Of a DNA stretch of 40,934 bases, positions 11,055 to 22,340 are shown in pieces (within the stretch, counting starts at the first letter, position 1; each line of letters starts with the position of its first letter). A program made the position numbers and the translations under genes. The notes under the pieces were generated by a model. That model was not told the DNA's origin. It worked only from the letters and a program-made list of their open reading frames with translations, and did no database searches. Source of the stretch: Octopus bimaculoides. Its lineage: Eukaryota. Where the stretch lies: NCBI RefSeq assembly GCF_001194135.2, contig NC_068981.1, positions 174,407,916-174,448,849 of the forward strand, given 5' to 3'.

Positions 11055-11080
<26 letters not shown>
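10955..11080. repeat. (TACA)n/(TG)/(TA) compound microsatellite
   Basis: TACA tetranucleotide run grading into TATG/TA repeats. Confidence 0.9.
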
Positions 11081-11085
<5 letters not shown>

Positions 11086-11264
11086 AATCCGAATACTCAT
11101 AAATGCACACACTAGACGGCATATAGACATGTATGTGTGCGTGTATATATGCCGTATAATCATGTATATGTGTGTATAATCATATAAGTATGTATATGAG
11201 CATGTGTGTTGTTTGTGTGTATATATGTGTGTGTCTGTGTTTGTGTGTGTGTATTTGTGTGTGA

Positions 11265-11288
11265 CAGAGAAAGAAAGAGAGAGTGAGT

Positions 11289-11322
<34 letters not shown>

Positions 11323-11335
11323 GAGNNNNNNNNNN

Positions 11336-11370
<35 letters not shown>
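11265..11370. repeat. (AG)n microsatellite with a 10-bp N gap (11326-11335)
   Basis: AG run. Confidence 0.95.
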
Positions 11371-12439
11371 TAGAGTAATGCCAGTAATGAGGTTTATGAT
11401 TTGATAACTTGTGACCAGGTTTCGAATGATGATACAGTCGTTTTATTTCACTAGAGTCTTTATTTCACTAGTTTTATTTCACTAGGCTTTGACTAGTACT
11501 TTGTTTCATAGGTTCGAAAAGGGCGAAATGCGATGTTCACATCGGTGGGGTTTGAACACGGAATGGAATAAGCCGGGAAAAATGCCGGGGGGAAATTTAT
11601 CCGAAGCTCTATCGATAATTATAATGATTTTCGTCTTTCTATTCATAATACAGTTACTATCATTATGGAGGTTATTTCATAGGGCGGTAATCAATCCTCG
11701 TCCAACAAAGGTCCGCTTGAGAAGACAACATATCAATATTAAGAATCATAGTTATACACGCAATGACCGTTGTATTTTCAGACGAAGGTAAGTATTCTTT
11801 GACCAGCTATGTAATTTCTTATTAATAGGAACCCTCGAAGAACATGCTAATCGTTGCTACTGTAAATACTTCAAGCTTTCTCTATTTCAAGTTGACTGTC
11901 CCACATCTCTCACCGGTAATCTGAAATCGGTTTCACATTAATCCTCAAGTTTAGCATGAATCTGATTTCACAAACTACTACTTACTAATTACTACTAACA
12001 CCACCACCATCACCTCCACAATTACCTATTACTACTGTTCCTTCGCCTTCTACTATTGTAACTACTACTACTACTACTACTCTTCCTCTTGTTGTGACTA
12101 CAACCGCAACGACGACAAGGATAAAATGCTATGAGTAACTAAATGTTTTAAGGGGTAATTTTAAATTGATTCCCTCCTACCTCCCAGTAATCTGAAAACG
12201 ACTTCAAGTTACCTGGTGTCAATGTAGATTAGAGGCGAGCGGATATCGCTCCGCAAGTGACCGGAATACCAAAACTACTTATCACAAAACAGTATCGACA
12301 ATAGCATCGACGCTGTGCGAAACGGGACAATCTACAGACAATGTGTAATTACGATTGATTTCTGTACATAGGCATAAGGCCAGAGGCAGCTGATTGCATT
12401 GCTGCCAGTATTTCTATTGCATTATATTTCATGAAGAAG

Positions 12440-12520
12440 CTAAGAACAAAATGCAAAGTCGACATAGGGAGAATTTGAATTCAATACGTTAAGAACCGTA
12501 ATCGAATATTGTAAGTTATT
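12440..12520 (-). mobile_element. Degenerate SINE family B fragment
   Basis: Reverse complement ...GAATTCAAATTCTCCCTATGTCGACTTTGCATTT resembles GAGTTCAAATTCCGCCGAGGTCGACTTTGCCTTT. Confidence 0.45.
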
Positions 12521-14327
12521 TTGTCCAACATCCTGCTGTTTGTGTAAATTCCATTTACTGTCAAATGAAAGGGTATAAAAATAAGATATGTGCATGCTTA
12601 AGTTACCAACATAGCAACGCGTTTTCCCTCTCCTATGTGAACGTATATATATTCGGTTCTTTATGTTGCATGTCTCATTTCTCTGTTTTTTTCGTTGTTT
12701 GAAAAAAAAGTTCATTTTCTATATTTTTCTTTTTTTATGTTCTCGTTTCTCATTCTGTCTACGTTTTTTGATGTCCTGTACCCATATATGTATATACATA
12801 TATATGTAGGTATTTACATATATCTATGTATATATGCATACATTTATATATTATTTATAGAAAGTTTTATCTTAACAATTACAACTTCTATCTACCTATC
12901 TCCCCTCTTGTTCTTCTTCCTTTCTGCTTTTCTCTCGCACGCTTTCCCTATTCTTCTCCTATCCCCTTCACTGTTCTCTCTCTCTCTCTCTCACTCTTCC
13001 TCCTTGACTCGCTCGCTGCTCACACATGACCAACGGCCATTCTTTCTTTCTTGCACTTCCTTCTAAAGACAAGACGTGCTTTTATCTGTCTCTCCTCAAA
13101 GCTCGTTTTTCCAGCGTTCACAACTTCACATCGTCTTGGTTTAACTGCCCTCACCGTTTCTTTTTACTGTTTTGTTCTCACTGTCCTGTTTTTGCTACCA
13201 CTTTCACCCTCCGCAAAAAATCCCAAATTTTATTTAATTTGCTTTTACTATCACCATTGTCCCTGACTGCTTCAGCTCCCCGCCTCTATCACAGCTTCAG
13301 CTCATACTATTACTATCACCCCATTACCATCACAACTGTCAATCTACTACCGTCTCTATGCCTACTATTACTCCCAACCCAACATGAGCAATAGTAGGAG
13401 TATCAATGAATAGTGAGAGAGAGAGTCGAAGTGTGACACGCTGACACAAAGAAATTAGTTTTCGCATTTATTATATTAAATATATATGGATCAAAATAGT
13501 TTGATTCAAATTCGTTGATACTCCGAATGTTTCAAGCGTGATCTATATGTGTGTTTGTGCGTGTGTGTGCGTGTGTGTACGCTTGCATGTATATTCGTGT
13601 GTATCTACGCCAGATCATGTATATTCACGACTATCCATAGCAAGTGTTGCCTAAAGACTAGTGTTTAACTGATTGGGTATTGGTTATATGACTGAAAAAT
13701 ACTTAGAAACATGCTATAACTAACTGTGGTGATGTTACAAAATTATGACAGTACCTATATCAATGTGTACAACCACTGCAATTTGGGAATAATGCGGCAA
13801 AATTCTGGAGACTGAGCTTCCTCATTGCATTTTACTTAAAAACGTTGTCACCCCCGTCCAAATTAACGCTATAACGCCCATTGTTAATTTTTTACGCTTC
13901 AAATACCACGCTTTTATGAGGAGTAAACGATAAAATTAAAAGCTTGGTCGACTTCTAAGGCTTCTTTGTTTGAAGAACATTATTGCATGCATGCTATTAA
14001 AATATCTAGTAGTTGTTGTAGAATTACTAACTTTGAATAAATTATGTATAAATGTAATTTTTTTATATTAACCATACAGCCATTCCCTTAAATAAGCTGA
14101 AAAAATTTCACAATAATTTTTTTTTGCGCATGTTGATAATTTAGGGGATATAGAGTTAAAAGTTTTCTTTATTGCATTCCCTTTCATTGCAAAATATTTC
14201 GAGTGAAGTTGGAAAGCTTTATGCTGTGATCTTTGAATCAAAACCATGTCGTTAAAAATTGCTGTGATTCTTTCTGTTTACACTTTTAAATACATGTTTA
14301 GTGATATTCACATTCCTGACAATGCTC

Positions 14328-14545
14328 TTGTTGTTGTTGGTGGTTAAATTCAAGTTTGCGCTTGCTTGAGCATAACTATGATTAGAGGCATTCGAGTAGA
14401 GCAATGCCGCATATGTTTTCATGCATAGTTATCTAAGACTTTATTATCCAAAGTGTCGTTTCCATTTTTGAAAGTGGGTCAAACATAGTTTGAGGGACGT
14501 TTGGCTATTTTTTCAGCAGACTGAGCAATTATGTTGAGTATCTCT
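14328..14545 (-). mobile_element. SINE-like repeat family D with (AAC)n tail
   Basis: Reverse complement shares blocks with 7111-7297 and 313-538 and ends in AACAACAAC. Confidence 0.5.
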
Positions 14546-14769
14546 CTTTCAAAATATATTTCTATAAATAAATAGTTCTGGATCTATAACAAGCCCATCT
14601 GATATTAATATAATTCTCATAAAATAACTTGCGATAATTAGTTACGGCTCTTAATGTTCTGAGTTCGAAATAGCCTAAACCAATTTATCATCTTTCCGAG
14701 GTCGAGTAGAGTTCAGTTCTAGCCAAGTATTAGGCACTGTTTACTCGAGTACCGCTCTATTTAGGGCTA

Positions 14770-14926
14770 TGGAATGGCAGTCTTGTTAGAGTGTCGGACA
14801 AAATGCTTTGCAGTATTTGTTCTAGTTCTTTAATTTCTCAGGTTAAACCCGACTGAGATCACTTTACGTTCATCCTTAAGGGTTGATTGTATAAAGTACC
14901 AGTCAAGTACTGGGGTTTATAATCAA
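14770..14926 (+). mobile_element. Degenerate SINE family B, 3'-truncated
   Basis: GTTAGAGTGTCGGACAAAATGCTTTGCAGTATTTG head and AAAGTACCAGTCAAGTACTGGGG body. Confidence 0.6.
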
Positions 14927-15063
14927 CCGCTCCTATTTTGTCTGGCCTTAATACCTCTCGCGAAATTGCTCAATGATCTACAGTACGGTTACAAAATGTT
15001 TGATAAAAATATAAATCATCTCATTTACTTGGCTGATTTAAAGCTCTTTGCAAAAAATGACCA
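14927..15063 (+). mobile_element. R4/Dong-like reverse transcriptase core fragment
   Basis: PLLFCLALIPLAKLLNDLQYGYKMFDKNINHLIYLADLKLFAKND matches RT motifs SPLLFCLAL...HLLYMDDLKLFAK; the catalytic YMDD has decayed to YLAD. Confidence 0.85.

Positions 15064-15148
<85 letters not shown>
15064..15148. repeat. (ATT)n microsatellite
   Basis: Perfect ATT run; source of the spurious poly-Ile ORF. Confidence 0.97.
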
Positions 15149-15149
<1 letters not shown>

Positions 15150-15152
15150 TTT

Positions 15153-15377
15153 AAGACGTCAGTCTGGTAAAATTGGTAGCACGCCAGACAAAATACTTTG
15201 GCGTCTTTTCATTTGTGTTTACGTTCTGAGTTCAAATTCCGCTGAGATCGACTTTGCCTTACATCCTTTCGGGGGTTGATAAAACAAGTATCAGTTGAGC
15301 ACTGGAGGGATGTTATCGACTTACCCCTTCCCACAAAACTTCAGGCCTTGTACCTATAATAGAAAGGATTATTATTC
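15153..15377 (+). mobile_element. SINE family B, near full length
   Basis: TTTACGTTCTGAGTTCAAATTCCGCTGAGATCGACTTTGCC...CAGGCCTTGTACCTATAATAGAAAGGATTATTATT. Confidence 0.9.
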
Positions 15378-15547
15378 TTTGAAAATTCTTTAAACTCGCA
15401 TTGAGTATAAATCTTACATCGCTTAAAATATTTACATTTAAGTACATATATTATGAATATAATAACTAACAAAGCTGTTACGTTGTGATCAGGATGAGTT
15501 CCTTGTTAAATAGCGAACCGTGTATAACTGACAGCATAGTACCAACG

Positions 15548-15563
15548 AACACACACATACAAT

Positions 15564-15628
<65 letters not shown>
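15548..15628. repeat. (CA)n microsatellite
   Basis: Long CA run. Confidence 0.97.
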
Positions 15629-15630
<2 letters not shown>

Positions 15631-15821
15631 GCGCATATACATGCATATTCATATTCACACCCACGTAATTAGTAACCAATTCAAAGCCTTTCAAAAGACT
15701 TCGTTTAGAAACAAGCATGAAGAACTTACCATTTTGTTCTATATTAAAATATTAATGCGTCCTAGTATTTAAGAAGCTTTCATCACGTTCTAAATGCACT
15801 GACACTATATTTCATTGCATA

Positions 15822-16042
15822 AAGGCGGCGAGGTGGAAGAGTTGTTAGTAAGTCGGGGGAAAAATACTTAGCGGAATTTCGTCCGGCTTTACAGTCAGAG
15901 TTCAAATTCCGCCGGCGTCGACTTTGCCTGTCATCCTTTCGGAGGTCGATAAAATAAGTACCAGTAGAACACTGGGGTCGATATATAATCGATTTACTCC
16001 CTCTACCGAAATTGCTGGCCTGGTACCTAAATTTGAAACCAA
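15822..16042 (+). mobile_element. SINE family B, full length, with 12-bp target-site duplication
   Basis: tRNA-like head with GAGTTCAAATTCC B box; TATATTTCATTG appears at both 15806-15817 and 16043-16054. Confidence 0.92.
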
Positions 16043-16071
16043 TATATTTCATTGAACTAAAATGAACTGTA

Positions 16072-16122
16072 TATATGTATGTATGTATGTACGTATGTAT
16101 GTATGTATGTATGTATGTATGT
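16072..16122. repeat. (TATG)n microsatellite
   Basis: Tetranucleotide run. Confidence 0.93.
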
Positions 16123-17657
16123 GTGTAAGTGTGTACGTATACATATACTGATGCATGTATAAATGTATTTTCGTGCGTGCACGTGATAGATGCGTTACGT
16201 GTACGTCACTTTCTTTTCTGCTGTTTTCTTTACTTTTTCTCTATATTTATCTCTATCTATCTCAAACACATATGCGCATATACACACACCACATTCACTC
16301 ACATGCATACACGTCGGCACACATACATACATGTGTAAGTGAACTCACAAAACAGATTTAGTTTTCTTTCATTGTTTCATTCGACGAAGCAGTGTGATAA
16401 TTTTTTTCCCCCTTCTTATGAAAGAAGTGATTTAGAATGTCTGTCAAGCGACAAATGGAATTTTCTAGCAAGTTATTGAATTATGGTAGCTATTATAGGT
16501 ATGCAGTATGAAAGTACAACGAAGACGGATGAGAAATAGCGATAAGCTGCTTCAAACTGAAAAGTAGTGAAAGTATTGATTTATCGATCTTTATCGAGTG
16601 ATAGCCTGGCAGATTAACTGCTCGCTTGTTGTGAAAATCAATAGACGATGGCTTTCAGAATCTTGCAGCAATTGTTGTTGTCCTTTAGATGGTTATTGGA
16701 TTGAATGCCGAGATTATTGGGTGTTTGATGTCAAGCATATCCAACCTGTTTATCTTACTTCCACCGTGTGCCACAGAAACGAAATAGAAAGAAGCATTGC
16801 ACACAGCCTGTGACAGTGCGAAATGGAAGTTCGATAGACCCTAAATAATGTGTTTGTGTGGGGTATACCGAGGAAATATTTCTGTTGATTTCTTTATTAT
16901 CCTCCTATTCGCGTTTAGAATTGGAAAACAGTTACCTCGAAAATGGGATTGGATTGAATACTGCCGAATAAGCTTGTGTAATTAATGGTTGATATATACA
17001 TACACGAATTTCTGTATCGAACATTGATGTAGATACTCAGTTATGCTTCTGATGTAGGGTCTTAACGGTACTTAACTTAAATAGAAAACAACAACAACAA
17101 CAACAACAACATAACAAATAAACAAAAAAATATATATATAGTAGTTGCCGATATTTTTTCCTGAAGGTAACCGATAAAAGAAGAGTATTTTATCCAGTGT
17201 TAATGAATGGAAGAAGAAAAAAGTGCCTTATTGGCAGCATTTGCTCCTGTGAAGTTTTCAAGAAGGAACAATTTAATTCACCTCAACACGGATAGGAACA
17301 AAATGGCATAAGCGTATTTGAAATCATTATCTAAGGTAGAGTAACTTCCCGTCTCCGTATGTTTCAATATACATTTGCAATTGATACAAATGGAAATGAT
17401 ACAAAACAACCTCTGTAAATCTATTAACAGTCTATAAAGAAAGATACGTACTTTCAAGAAGATAAGGATACTAGAATCTATAGATATTACTCTAGGTAAC
17501 AGATGTTGAAGTAAGTTCTTTACACACTAATTTTTCTATCAAATTTGGCTTTCCAAATACACAAATGAAGTTAATTTTTACATACCAGTATACAATTGCG
17601 TAATAATCATTAAAACTCAATATTATTTTAATATCATTTATTGTTATTTCAACAAAT

Positions 17658-18044
17658 GTCGTTGTTGGCACTCCGTTGCTTACGACGTCGAGGGTTCCAG
17701 TTCATCCGATCAATAGAACAGCCTGCTCGTGAAATTAACGTGCAAGTGGCTGATCACTCCACAGACACGTGTACCCTTAACATAGTTCTTGGGGATATTC
17801 AGCGTGACACAGTGTGACAAGGCTGACCCTTTGAATTACAGGCACAACAGAAACAGGAAGTATGAGTGAGAGAAAGTTGCGGTGAAAGAGTACAGCAGGG
17901 TTCGCCACCATCCCCTGCCAGAGCCTCGTGAAGCTTTAGGTGTTTTCGCTCAATAAACACTGACAACGCCCGGTCTGGGAATCGAAACCGCGATCCCATG
18001 ACCGCGTGTTCGCTGCCATAACCACTGGGCCATTGCGCCTCTAC
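17658..18044 (-). mobile_element. tRNA-derived SINE family C, full length, with perfect 12-bp TSD
   Basis: Minus-strand head GAGGCGCAATGGCCCAGTGGTT (A box TGGCCCAGTGG) and GGTTTCGATTCCC (B box); unique ~300-bp body; AACAAC tail; ATTTCAACAAAT duplicated at 17646-17657 and 18045-18056. Confidence 0.92.
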
Positions 18045-18169
18045 ATTTCAACAAATAGAACACAGTATAAAAATCGCATAATATGATATAACGAGTCATC
18101 ATGAATAGTGCAACAAATTTGCAATATATATGGTTTAAAAGATCTAAAACATCAACGATAGACGATTCA

Positions 18170-19400
18170 AGATCACAAGGGATAACAACGGCCAAAGTTC
18201 TACCTTCCCTTATATCACTTCTCTTTCAATTGCATGTCTTTTGACACACCCACCAATATCCGGTTGGAAGAATTCATAATGGGAGTGCAACTAGTGCAGC
18301 TTTAATGATATTTTCCATCCGATATTCTTGGAATTTTCAAGTATTTTTTCAATTAGAACATTGTAATTTTCCATTTGTTCTCCAGAAACTCATTCATGAC
18401 GTTCTTGACGTTCATGACGTTCTTATTCCTTCAACATTACCATTTTCATATCCAGAATTTTGAATGCAAGCATTTGCTTCACCTCAACAAATACATCAGC
18501 CTCAACTTTTGTTGTGACTCAACAAACACACCAGCAGCAACTTTTGCGTCGAACAACTTTGGAAATGTTGTTCGAATAGACTCACTGTTACGAAGAATTG
18601 TTTTATCAGGCCAAGATTTATAAAGAGTGGAGGCAGAAGGATTTTCTCCACAGATATAAGAACATTTTACTTTACGTTTTGGGTGTCCAACTGCATGATT
18701 GATCCTTTGCCAATCCCGTCTCATATCTATTTTACTATCTTAGCTACTTCACGAGTACAAAAAGCAAGGATGCTTAGTGAATCTACCCTGAAATCTGAGC
18801 AACAATTACCATATTCATTCCAAATATATTTGTCATATTTGATCTTTTTCAGCAAGACTTTTATATTTTTGTAATCATCTTTCAACTGTACAGAGTAACG
18901 GACAAAATTATATGGATGCTCTTTGCGGTTGTGAAGCGGTACTGCTATGAGACTTCTCGCAGAGCTGGCAATAAACGCCATTGATCGGGCTTGTGTCTAA
19001 AATTAATTGCTTCAATTACACTTTTAACATTAGTACAGAAACAAAGAGACTCAGGTAATGAATAGAAAGGGGCAAAAGTTTCACGATATGTTAGATAGAT
19101 CGAAATTGTCACCTTTGCAGCCAATGAGTTCTATTCTTTAAATCTAGATGTCGGCAGCTCTGGACAAGATTTAATGAGATGCAAGTTTCTTATAAGGTCA
19201 TTAAGCTCTTATTGGAATTCTTCTTATGAGCATGCTACTTCCTAGTCTTGTCACTTTTCATTATTATCAAACATTTTGATGTCAATTTCATCGAGTTGAG
19301 TCACAACAAAAGCTGTACAAGCTGGAACTGGCAGTTTTTCGACATTATCTCTGGAGGTAGATCCTAATCGAGTCAAGTATCTACCCTGGAACATAAAACT
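18170..19400 (-). mobile_element. Chapaev3-like (CMC superfamily) transposase relic
   Basis: Collinear motifs across stops and frameshifts: EKLPVP, ELNDLIRNLHLIKSCPELPTSRFKE*NSLA, FCTNVKSVIEAINFRHKPDQWR, FIASSARSLIAVPLHN, SVQLKDDYKNIKVLLKKIKYD, FPKLFDAKVAAGVFV, ISLKLH*LHSHYEFFQPDIG. These follow the order I recall for Chapaev3 transposases (ELNDLIRDL..L, WRLFIDSSKRSLKAVLLHNGN, FPKLSEAKxKxGxFxG, MSLKxHFLHSHLDFF). The superfamily label is from memory. Confidence 0.8.
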
Positions 19401-21680
19401 ACGGTGCGTGTCAGAAAATGCTTAAATATTTAAATATATTCTTAAGTCTCAACTGTATTGAGTGTTCCTATTGGCTGAAACTATCAACGAACGAATACTA
19501 AACATACACACATAATCACACATATATACATTGAACACTATAATCATAGACGCCACTCACTTTCATATATCAAGGATAGGATTCTAGTGACTTCTTAGCA
19601 GTGATATCGGAGATCTTCCAGGAAAAAGTCTAAACCCTGGAAAACATACGGCTTTTCAGCTGCTGAAATAAAGCCTTCCAGAGCATAAGCACTAGTTTCA
19701 ATGAACTACCATCTCAACTCTTGCTAATGTCTAAAATCAGCTGCTTGCCAAACATTTATATTATCATTTTTTTAAATACCACTGGGATGTCACATGATCA
19801 CGAATGAAAAACGTGTAAACATGTTCATCGGCCATAATGAAAAAGAGCGAATGCATCTCAAATTCTATTTTGCTGATGGCTACTATATACAGATTTGATA
19901 ACTTAAGGTTGTTGAACAAGTGCCCCTGTGCTTCTGCTAGCACGCTGGCCCAAATGCATTCATACATTTCAATCGCAATATATTATTATTAATCTAGAAA
20001 TTTAGCACTGCTTGTTTTGAAAAAGCCTAATTCTGAAGAACACTTGAAGGAATAATCCCAAAGATATTCAAGATGCTTCAGTCTGAGGGACATTTCCTGT
20101 TTGTCAGAACCCGGCATTTTCACCTTGAAGTTCTTGGGATTTTCGGGGTTCTTTCTAAAATTACCTTCGTCACATAAGAACTTGTTCCGCTACTCTGACC
20201 ACAATCTGGTCATCCTTACTATCTGAAACATTTTTGTCTTCGGTAGGAATTTATATATTTCCCATATTCTGTGAACACTATTTTCTTTAAATATTGCCAA
20301 CCTGGCCCTTTAATACATACAATAAAATCACTGTACTTCGGTGGATCAAAACACTGATAAATTTATGAAAAAAGAAGAGGTATGGATAACGACATTACTT
20401 ATTACATATATTACATATAATTCGATATAATTTATACAAACAGAATAACTAGATAAGTATATAAAACCAATAATTGAAGAATATATATGAAAAATATTTA
20501 GGTAACCCACCCCGCACAAATGAGCAAATATTATTCAAGCGGAGTCAAACTACTGCACATATTTTTAAAACCCCTCAATCTACGGCGTAGATTGTTCCAT
20601 CTCAAATATACCCGTTTGCCTTTCGAATGTCGGAGTGTGTGAGAAAAGATCTACATCTTCGTAAACTCTGGTATACTTGATAACAGCAGGTTGATATGTT
20701 TTTCACTAGTGGTTTATCGTTTCAATGTCATCATTACTACTCAAGTCAGCAGCTTATATCTCATTCTCTTGTATCAATTCGTTTTAGAAGTTTACCGGCT
20801 TCTCATTGAAAGTTCTCCGTACAGTGAGCTTCGTGGCTTTGGAGGAGGAATCAGATCTCTCAGTCCTGATTTATTCTGCAAAAGGAACGGACCTTCTTTC
20901 AGTTACTCTGCATACTTTCTCCTGGCGTTAACTTTTCTTCCTCATGGCTGTTTTCCGTTTCCTGCTATTCACTTTTCCTGTCCTGATTATTGTTTCAATT
21001 GAATAGTAACTGTGGCTAAATAAAAAAAAGTTATTGGCTTCTCTTCCCGAGAACGTGTAATGCGACTGGCAGTTCTACTGATACAGGGATTTCTACGAAA
21101 TGCTATTGTTTTGGTTGTCTCTACCGGGACTCTGCTTCTGTATTATATATCCCTTAAAACGCATGCTGTCTCTAAGACCTCTACCTGGCCTCTTCTTGAA
21201 TGCCCTTCATACGACACCTTCCTGTTATGATTCTGCGATCTTCATACCACTGTTGGACTATTAGACATTTGCTATCTGCCTGTATTCTACTCATGAATTA
21301 GGGATGATATATCGTTCCACACAATGGCCAGGAGTACATCTAATTGTACATTTGTTTGTGCTTCCACGAGCATTTCTTCGTAGAGTCTTTTATTTATTTG
21401 TTTTTAGTTTGTTATAAGTTTCTTGCGCTGTTTTCAAAATTTTTATTTGAGTTGGGTTATATGTGTGTGTGTGACGTATTCATTCTAAGTAAAGTTTATG
21501 CATTTTTGTATATGTTTTATTAAGTACTTGCTATTTGTGTGTACGAACGCATAGTTTATGCTCGTTCGCTATAAGGTTACTGTTCTTAGAGATGGTGCAG
21601 ACTCAGTTGTGTTTTCGTGTTTTGTGGTGTTTGTAATGTTGGCGATGTTCCTAGAGTTGAGCATGTTTGTAGTTTTGTGT

Positions 21681-21760
21681 GATTGGTTGTGTGTGTGATT
21701 GGTTGTGTGTGTGAATGGTTGTGCGTGTGATTAGTTGTGTGTGTGATTGATTGTGTTAGT
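21681..21760. repeat. 16-bp minisatellite (GATTGGTTGTGTGTGT) x5
   Basis: Units start at 21681, 21697, 21713, 21729 and 21745; the first two are identical and the rest carry 1-3 substitutions. Confidence 0.9.
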
Positions 21761-21869
21761 GTCGTTAGTGCTGCTGTTGATGCTGCTGCTGCTGCTGATA
21801 TTGCTGATATTACGGATATTGCTGTTGTGGTAAATGCATCAGCAGCAGAAGAGATCTTTCTGTTTGTTG

Positions 21870-22340
21870 TAGGCAGAAAGCTCTTAGAATATTTGCATTC
21901 CCACATTTGCGGTATCTCACATTTCTGCTTTCAACTGTTATAAAAGGCTGAAAGCCATTTGGGAGGTGGATTTAATCAGTAATGGCATCCATGCATTCTT
22001 GACACGTTTAGATTAATAGTTTCAGCCCAATATCCGGTCAATTTACATTTTCCAGTCTGTGAACTTATAGGAAAACTCATTTTATTTTTTATGCCATATA
22101 TTACGAGCTCCACAAGCAAGATATCTACTTCTGGTGGTACCTCAGCCACCTTATTTGTACCAGTCGCGACCAAGGTATAGTGGAGTCAAGAGCAGTTCGT
22201 CACACTTTAGTGTTGTTACTGAGTTTTCTTTCGCTTTTTCAATTGAAACTTCACTTCAACTGTGCCAAAACGCTTTTCTCTAGCGACATAGGCTTTCATG
22301 ACCCGAATTGGTTTAAGGTACTTTTCACTCTGGTCTAAGT
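21870..22340 (-). mobile_element. Gag-like ORF1 relic of a non-LTR retrotransposon
   Basis: Across frameshifts: FGTVEVKF, LTPLYLGR, KVAEVPPEVDI, then VESRNVRYRKCGNANILRAFC, a decayed CX2CX4HX4C knuckle followed by Ala/Thr-rich low complexity. Clade not assignable. Confidence 0.45.

Noticed and set aside
17960-18044. tRNA-like sequence on the minus strand
   Set aside because: It continues into a SINE body and tail and is bounded by a TSD. It is a SINE head, not a tRNA gene.
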